From a bacterium (GTDB taxonomy: Bacteria; Electryoneota; Electryoneia; Electryoneales; Electryoneaceae): a stretch of DNA of 64,000 bases. The translations under genes were made by a program, and so were the position numbers. The notes under the pieces were generated by a model. It was not told the origin of the DNA, ran no database searches, and saw only the letters and a list, made by a program, of their open reading frames with translations. The DNA lies in assembly GCA_963675295.2 (NCBI GenBank), contig CAXXKJ010000002.1:2272001-2336000 (forward strand), given 5' to 3'. Shown here one piece after another: positions 58,082 through 64,000 of this stretch; the first letter of the stretch is position 1; each line of letters starts with the position of its first letter.

Positions 58082-58750
58082 ATGGCGAAGGTAGCTGTAG
58101 TCCTGGCGGGCAGTGGTGTGAAGGACGGTTCGGAAATCCATGAGGCGACATTGGCGTTGCTGCACCTGGACGATCTCGGTGCGACGTACCAGTGTTTTGC
58201 GCCGGACAAGCCGCAGTTTCATGTCGTCGATCACCTCAAGGGTGAGGAGATGGCGGGCGAACGGAATGTGCTGGTTGAAGCGGCACGGATCGCGCGAGGG
58301 GATGTCAAGCCGTTGAGCGACCTGAAGGCGGCGGATTACGATGCGATTGTCTTTCCCGGCGGGTTCGGTGCGGCGAAGAATCTGTGTAACTATGCGTTCA
58401 AGGGTGCGGACTGTTCGGTCGATGCGGATGTGGAACGCGCGATCCTCGAGTTTGACGCGGCGGGGAAGGTGAAGACCTTCATCTGCATCGCGCCGGTGAT
58501 CGCGGCGAATGTGTTCGGCAAGCAGGGCAAGAAGGTCCAGGTGACGGTCGGCAACAGTGCGCACAACAGTGGTGATATGGACAATGTGCGGAAGATGGGC
58601 GGCGAACCGGTCGATGCGAATGTGGACCAGGCGGTGGTCGATGCGGCGAACAAGGTGGTGTCCGCGCCGGCGTACCAGCTCGGGCCGACGATTGCGCCGG
58701 TCAGCCGTGGTATCCGGAAGGCGATCGAGGAGACGCTGAAGCTGGTGTGA
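58082..58750 (+). CDS. elbB: ElbB/ES1 glyoxalase (DJ-1/PfpI superfamily)
   Basis: DGSEIHE, RNVLVEAARIARG, FPGGFGAAKNL, CIAP. Confidence 0.93.
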   Translation: MAKVAVVLAGSGVKDGSEIHEATLALLHLDDLGATYQCFAPDKPQFHVVDHLKGEEMAGERNVLVEAARIARGDVKPLSDLKAADYDAIVFPGGFGAAKNLCNYAFKGADCSVDADVERAILEFDAAGKVKTFICIAPVIAANVFGKQGKKVQVTVGNSAHNSGDMDNVRKMGGEPVDANVDQAVVDAANKVVSAPAYQLGPTIAPVSRGIRKAIEETLKLV

Positions 58751-58752
58751 GG

Positions 58753-58825
58753 CGAGATTCGAGATTTGAGATGTGAGATGTGAGAAACATGGCGGGGACA
58801 CTTGTGGGCAGCAGCGGTGTCCCCG
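58753..58825. repeat. Heptamer tract (Ygagat(t/g))x4-5 plus degenerate ggggacac..gtgtcccc hairpin
   Basis: cgagatt cgagatt tgagatg tgagatg tgaga; same layout as 12470-12529. Confidence 0.8.
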
Positions 58826-58925
58826 GTTTCATTTTGAAACAGGTCGCTGTCCCAGCCGCTGCAAGGTTTCCAGTTTGTAGCCGGATTCCTGGTTATATTG
58901 ATCCTATCAAATCAGAGAGGTTACG

Positions 58926-60458
58926 ATGCTGAAAACACTTGTATTTCCTGGTATACTCCTGAGCTTGATGTTCACGCTACAGGTTCCTGCAACTGCAGAA
59001 ATCCTACATACCATCAGCGATTCACAAACATATGGTGGTCCCTCCCTGTTGGATTTTGAAGGTGATGGGGACTTGGATATTCTCCATGGTTCTGTCTCTG
59101 GGGAAGATCACCCACCGCTTTACTGGTACATCAACGACGGCCAGGGACAATTCACCCTTCAGGAGTCGCAAACCTTATTCCATCGTTGCGATGCCAGCGA
59201 CGCTGGAGATCTGGATAGCGATGGCGATATCGATTTTGTAGTTCTTGAAAGCGAAGTCGGTGTTTATCCGGAATTAACCTGGTATGAAAACATCGGCAGC
59301 GGTTCTTATCTGGCTCATGACCTTCTTCTTGATCACGGCGGTTTCTGGGTAAAAATCGTGGATTTCGATGGGGACGGCGATCTGGACATTATTACAACCG
59401 CCACCTACAGTGAATTTCCACCTCAACCTTCACTACGATTGTTCCAGAACAATGGTGAGGGTTTCTTCCAGGAATTCACCTACACTAACAATGTGATTGG
59501 TAGTTTCTCGAGATTTGATACTGGTGATTTGGATGGTGATGGGGATGCTGATATTGTAGCGCTCGGTGGAAGTCGAGCATCAATTCTGTGGAATAACGGA
59601 TCTTTTTTCAACATGGACAGAGAAAACCTGTTTCCGTATGCGTTTTATAGCGACGGTGTTGCGGTCGCGGATGTCGATCTGGATGCTGATATTGACCTGA
59701 TCTTTCACAACATTGATACAACAATTGTTGCCTTTAACAACAATGACGGTAACTTCATCATTCATAGGATGTTTCCAGATTTTGATGCAGCCCTTTGGGC
59801 GGGAATTGCAGCAACAGACTGGGAACTTGACGGAGATGTTGATATCCTGGTTGGAGCCTATAGGCGATACACCAATCAGGAGAACATGGAATTCACACCC
59901 GATCCAAGCGATTTATTCATTGGCGATCTACTCCTTGGAGATATGGATTCTGATGGTGATTTGGACTGTGTACGGACAATTGGTGACGAGCTTGCCTGGA
60001 TCGAGAATGAAACAGATCCGGGAGTTGTGACCATCGGCATTGTCCCGCAACCCGGCGGGATCAGCTTACCCACTATGGGTGGAACATTCCGCTATTCAGG
60101 CACTCTGTGGAATCAACTGAGCTCACCAAAAACTGGGTACATCTGGGCAGAAGTACGTGGACCGGGTGGTACGACTGTGCGCCCCTGGGCACGTCCAATC
60201 GGTGTTCTGCCCGGCGTGACTTACCAATCGCTGAATATCGAGCAAGAAGTCCCCGCCGGTCTACCCAGCGGAACCTACACCTATTTCCTTCGTGCCGGAC
60301 GCCGTTTGAGCACACCTCTTGTCTCTGACTCCCTTGTGTTCACAATTGGGACTGGGTTGCCTCAACCAGCAGTAATTCCTGGGCAAAGCGGGCAATCTTC
60401 GCAGCAATCTCATAAGCCCTGGGCGGTGACTGGTGAGTGGATTCCTGTTCAGAAATGA
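58926..60458 (+). CDS. Secreted FG-GAP/VCBS repeat beta-propeller protein with C-terminal Ig-like domain (low GC)
   Basis: Signal peptide; seven D-x-D-x-D-G-D-x-D-like loops (DFEGDGDLD, DLDSDGDID, DFDGDGDLD, DLDGDGDAD, DVDLDADID, DWELDGDVD, DMDSDGDLD). Confidence 0.88.
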   Translation: MLKTLVFPGILLSLMFTLQVPATAEILHTISDSQTYGGPSLLDFEGDGDLDILHGSVSGEDHPPLYWYINDGQGQFTLQESQTLFHRCDASDAGDLDSDGDIDFVVLESEVGVYPELTWYENIGSGSYLAHDLLLDHGGFWVKIVDFDGDGDLDIITTATYSEFPPQPSLRLFQNNGEGFFQEFTYTNNVIGSFSRFDTGDLDGDGDADIVALGGSRASILWNNGSFFNMDRENLFPYAFYSDGVAVADVDLDADIDLIFHNIDTTIVAFNNNDGNFIIHRMFPDFDAALWAGIAATDWELDGDVDILVGAYRRYTNQENMEFTPDPSDLFIGDLLLGDMDSDGDLDCVRTIGDELAWIENETDPGVVTIGIVPQPGGISLPTMGGTFRYSGTLWNQLSSPKTGYIWAEVRGPGGTTVRPWARPIGVLPGVTYQSLNIEQEVPAGLPSGTYTYFLRAGRRLSTPLVSDSLVFTIGTGLPQPAVIPGQSGQSSQQSHKPWAVTGEWIPVQK

Positions 60459-60579
60459 AGTGGTCTTCCGAGCTGAGTAGCTGGTTCGTCGAAGCGGCCA
60501 ACAGGGGCATATTGTACACCCGGGTCACGAGATGACCGGGGCCACCCATGGAAGGCTCACCGAATGATCTGGGCCACTC

Positions 60580-60688
60580 AACCGGGGACACTTTGGGGAC
60601 AAAGTGTCCCCGGTTCGACCCGGGCCACCCAGGCAAGCGCGCCGACATTACCCGGGCCCCCGCCGACCGCAGTCCGCAGTCCGCAGCC
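60580..60688. repeat. Perfect 16-bp hairpin (60580-60615) and 31-bp dispersed repeat with ccgcagt heptamers (60658-60688)
   Basis: aaccggggacactttg-ggga-caaagtgtccccggtt; reverse-complement match to 15231-15261. Confidence 0.88.
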
Positions 60689-60871
60689 TGAGGCAAAAAC
60701 GCACTCGTGGAGGCGGGTTGGTGGCGCTGGGGTTCGTATCTTCTGACTCGTGGTAGAACAAACGCGCGGGCTGTTCCAGTCCGCGATTTCCGTTGTAGTC
60801 ATCAACAACCGTACGCATCCGTGGGGGAGTCAGAGTCCGGACGGGTGGCGTCGAGTTGCAGGGAGGACGTG

Positions 60872-62260
60872 ATGGAGTACCGTATCGAGCGGGACACGAT
60901 GGGCGAGATCAAGGTCCCGGCGGACAAGTATTACGGCGCCCAAACCGCGCGCAGCCTGATGAACTTCAAGATTGGCGGCGAGACGATGCCGCGTGAGTTG
61001 ATCAAGGCGTTCGGTATTCTCAAGAAGGCGGCGGCGTTGACCAATGCCGAGCTCGGTATTCTGCCGCAGGAGAAGGCGGACCTGATCGTGCAGGCGGCGG
61101 ACGAAGTCATTGACGGCAAGCTGGATGAGCACTTCCCGCTGGTCGTGTGGCAGACCGGCAGCGGCACGCAGACGAACATGAACGTCAACGAGGTGATCGC
61201 CAACCGTGCGATCGAGATCGCGGGCGGCACACTCGGCTCGAAGGATCCGGTTCACCCGAACGATGACGTCAACAAGGCGCAGTCCTCCAACGATACGTTC
61301 CCGACGGCGATGCACATCGCGGCGGCGAATGTGGTTGTCAAGACCACGATACCCGGCATCACCAAGCTGCGCAACGAGCTCAAGGACAAGAGCGAGGCGT
61401 GGGACGATATCATCAAGATCGGCCGCACGCACTTCATGGACGCGGTCCCGTTGACGCTCGGCCAGGAATTCAGTGGCTACGCGCATCAGATGAACAACGC
61501 GTTGGTGCGGATCGACGCAATGCTTCCGCGGTTGTTTGAGCTGGCGTTGGGCGGCACGGCGGTGGGTACCGGGTTGAACACACACCCGGAATTCGCGGTC
61601 AAGGCGGCGAAGAAGATCGCTGATCTGACGGATCTGCCGTTTGTCACCGCGCCGAACAAGTTCGAGGCGTTGGCAGCGCATGACGCGATTGTGGAGGCGT
61701 CCGGCGTGATGAAGACCATCGCGGTTGGCCTGATGAAGATCGGGAACGACGTGCGGATGCTCGGTTCGGGCCCGCGTTGCGGAATCGGCGAGTTGAATTT
61801 GCCGGCGAACGAGCCGGGCTCATCGATCATGCCGGGCAAGGTCAACCCGACGCAGGCGGAAGCGATCACGATGGTTGCCGCGCAGGTGATTGGGAACGAT
61901 GTCGCGGTCAATGTCGGTGGCGCGACCGGCCATTTCGAGCTGAACGTGTTCAAGCCGGTGATGATTTACAACTTCCTGCAGAGCGCGCGGCTGATCGGAG
62001 ATGCGTGCGTCTCATTCACCGACAACTGCATCGCCGGTACCGAGCCGAACAAGGCCCGGATCGACACATTGATGAACGAATCGCTGATGCTGGTGACGGC
62101 GTTGAACCCGCACATCGGGTACGACAACGCGGCGAAGGTGGCGAAGAAGGCGCATGCGGACAACACGACGTTGAAGGAAGCCGCGGTCGAGTTGGGCTTG
62201 TTGACGGCGGAAGAGTTTGACGACAAGGTGCGTCCGGAAAATATGGTGCGCCCGAAGTAA
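60872..62260 (+). CDS. fumC: Class II fumarate hydratase
   Basis: [42 protein letters not shown]; RBS ggagga. Confidence 0.97.
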   Translation: MEYRIERDTMGEIKVPADKYYGAQTARSLMNFKIGGETMPRELIKAFGILKKAAALTNAELGILPQEKADLIVQAADEVIDGKLDEHFPLVVWQTGSGTQTNMNVNEVIANRAIEIAGGTLGSKDPVHPNDDVNKAQSSNDTFPTAMHIAAANVVVKTTIPGITKLRNELKDKSEAWDDIIKIGRTHFMDAVPLTLGQEFSGYAHQMNNALVRIDAMLPRLFELALGGTAVGTGLNTHPEFAVKAAKKIADLTDLPFVTAPNKFEALAAHDAIVEASGVMKTIAVGLMKIGNDVRMLGSGPRCGIGELNLPANEPGSSIMPGKVNPTQAEAITMVAAQVIGNDVAVNVGGATGHFELNVFKPVMIYNFLQSARLIGDACVSFTDNCIAGTEPNKARIDTLMNESLMLVTALNPHIGYDNAAKVAKKAHADNTTLKEAAVELGLLTAEEFDDKVRPENMVRPK

Positions 62261-62367
62261 GTCGGCACGGAACGCGTTTCCAGCCGATCGGAACGACATT
62301 TCTCAGCGAAGGGATATCAGGCCTGGTGAAGACGGCTTGATGTCCCTTCGATTATTTGTGGCGGCGG

Positions 62368-62444
62368 ATCCCGGGCTGAAGCCCGAGGGCATGGGTGCGG
62401 TTGTGGCTTGGGTGGCGGATTATCCCGGGCTGAAGCCCGAGGGC
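62368..62444. repeat. Two 23-bp REP-like units (atcccgggctgaagcccgagggc), 54-bp period
   Basis: Copies at 62368 and 62422; variant of the 47799-47930 unit. Confidence 0.9.
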
Positions 62445-62484
62445 ATGCCCCGAGGGCATAAGGAAGGAAAGTGACAGGTACACA

Positions 62485-63360
62485 GTGGAACGACTGATTC
62501 ACACCGACATCCGGACGAATCCTGACCATCGGGAGCTGTTCTACGACCTGACGCAGATCGTGTTCGGGTTCGACCTGCAGCAGTGGTATGAGCTGGGATT
62601 CTGGACGCCGAAGTACAGGCCGCACGCGTACATCGAGGACGGGCGGATGGTGGCGAACGTCTCGGCGTACGACATGCGGCTGGTGATTGCCGGGCAGGAA
62701 CACCAGGCGGTGCAGATCGGGACGGTGATGACGCATCCCGACTATCGCGGTAGAGGGTATGCGTCGGAGCTGATGGAGCATGTGGTTGAACGGAAAGCGG
62801 CGGACGCCGATCTGATGTTCCTGTTCACCAGTCCGCATTTGATCCCGTTTTACCAGCAGAGCGGATTCGAGGTGGTCAGGGAACGCCGCTATCTGGCGGA
62901 ATTTCCGGAAGAGGTGCAGGAAAGGGGCGTAGTAACGCGTCTCGATCCCGGCGACGCGAAGACAATGGCGGGTATCTATGCCCGGGCCAAGGCCAGACTT
63001 CCACTCTCCGATCAGTTCGCGATTCTCGACGGTCCGGAGATCTTCATGTTCCATTGCCTGTACCGTTACAGGGATTGCATTTACCGCGATGAGACGTTGG
63101 ATTGCCTGTTGATCGCGAGACGGAAGGACGATGTACTCCACATCTATGACATCCTCAGCAGCGAGCCGGTGAATGTGGCGAAGTTGCTTTCCTCATTTTC
63201 GGGGGATGGCATCAAGTCTGTGGAGTTCCATTTCGTTCCGGATCGGCTGGCGTTGGAAACCCGGGTGGAACCATTTCCGGAAGAGGACGTGTTCATGGTT
63301 CGCGGAGCAGGGGTGGAGTTTCCCAACGATTTCCGCCATCAGACCACAATGCAGGCGTGA
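62485..63360 (+). CDS. GNAT family N-acetyltransferase
   Basis: VANVS, QIGTVMTHPDYRGRGYA, FYQQSGF; GTG start. Confidence 0.88.
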   Translation: MERLIHTDIRTNPDHRELFYDLTQIVFGFDLQQWYELGFWTPKYRPHAYIEDGRMVANVSAYDMRLVIAGQEHQAVQIGTVMTHPDYRGRGYASELMEHVVERKAADADLMFLFTSPHLIPFYQQSGFEVVRERRYLAEFPEEVQERGVVTRLDPGDAKTMAGIYARAKARLPLSDQFAILDGPEIFMFHCLYRYRDCIYRDETLDCLLIARRKDDVLHIYDILSSEPVNVAKLLSSFSGDGIKSVEFHFVPDRLALETRVEPFPEEDVFMVRGAGVEFPNDFRHQTTMQA

Positions 63361-63523
63361 CACCCCGGGAGATTCAACCTGCTTTGTGCCCCGATGCGTA
63401 CGGGTCCGCTCCAATCGGATCCATCAGAAAAAGTAGTGATTTGGGAGGGCGGCCAACGGTGGGGAGGAGGGTGGAAAACAGCCATCCTCATGCAATGATT
63501 CCGGCGCTGTTCAATCGAGTGCC

Positions 63524-64000
63524 TCAACTGGGTTCATACCATGAACGAAGGTCCTTGCCGACCAATTCCTCAAGCAGTTTCATGTCTTCCAGAAGCGACA
63601 ATCGCACGATTTCCCGATCCTCGGCTGTTACGACCGGCTTCCCCTCTTTAAGGGCGAATCGTCGATACACTCGGTTCCAGCTAACCTCGCTGCGGTTCTG
63701 AACCCGTTTGGCAAATGACTCGGAAACGACGACTCTGCTCGCCGCTATCAGTCCTCGACTACAGGCACGGAAAAGCGGAAATCCGAACTGCATCAGGGAT
63801 CGGCTGAGCGATTGCCTAGGAAGCATTCCCCGATTCGACCACCCCAGTTCTCGTCTGCCGTCATCCTCAATATCCAGGAAATCCCGCAGCTCCGCGTACG
63901 CCGACGGAAAGTCGTTTACAAGATCTTCGAGCAGAAAAATGAGCACCTGTTCACGTGGAAAATGCGCGAGCAGCCGCTGAAGTTGTTTCCCGAAAGTAGC
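63524..64000 (-). CDS. Sulfotransferase family protein, C-terminal part (5'-truncated by window edge)
   Basis: FGKQLQRLLAHFPREQVLIFLLEDL..LRDFLDI..EDMKLLEELVGKDLRSW; frame open to the window end. Confidence 0.7.
   Translation of the reverse strand, partial: ATFGKQLQRLLAHFPREQVLIFLLEDLVNDFPSAYAELRDFLDIEDDGRRELGWSNRGMLPRQSLSRSLMQFGFPLFRACSRGLIAASRVVVSESFAKRVQNRSEVSWNRVYRRFALKEGKPVVTAEDREIVRLSLLEDMKLLEELVGKDLRSWYEPS

Overview
This is a GC-rich (~60%) chromosomal window from a Gram-negative bacterium, most likely an FCB-group lineage: it has a SprA translocon, a protein with a T9SS-type C-terminal domain, and holB-ricT-metG synteny. It holds about 55 CDSs, mostly housekeeping: gdhA, glgC, deoC, a phosphohexomutase, rnhB, PNP, RluA-family synthase, maf, rodZ, a TroABCD-like Mn/Zn ABC transporter, csp, queA, ruvB, trmJ-like, sprA, glmS, metG, holB, envC-like, menG, elbB and fumC. 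I recognised no rRNA, tRNA, cas gene, integrase or transposase. The best candidate for a new system is a tightly coupled five-gene poly-gamma-glutamate operon: pgsB-pgsC-pgsW-like, then an uncharacterised secreted two-repeat protein and an outer-membrane beta-barrel, with no pgsA/capA or capD. This may be a diderm-specific PGA export machine. Other highlights are (i) a receiver-fused PPDK-like ATP-grasp protein next to gdhA, (ii) a modular set of intergenic REP-like hairpins with T(G/A)AA loops and compensatory changes, embedded in heptamer tandem arrays that sometimes form inverted arms, (iii) twin MntR/DtxR-type boxes over a probably leaderless troA promoter, with wHTH-like tails on both permeases, (iv) two RNA-metabolism proteins with long Arg-rich disordered tails, and (v) a menG-EetA/EetB-like-elbB cluster. 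All assignments come from motif reading by eye; no searches were run.
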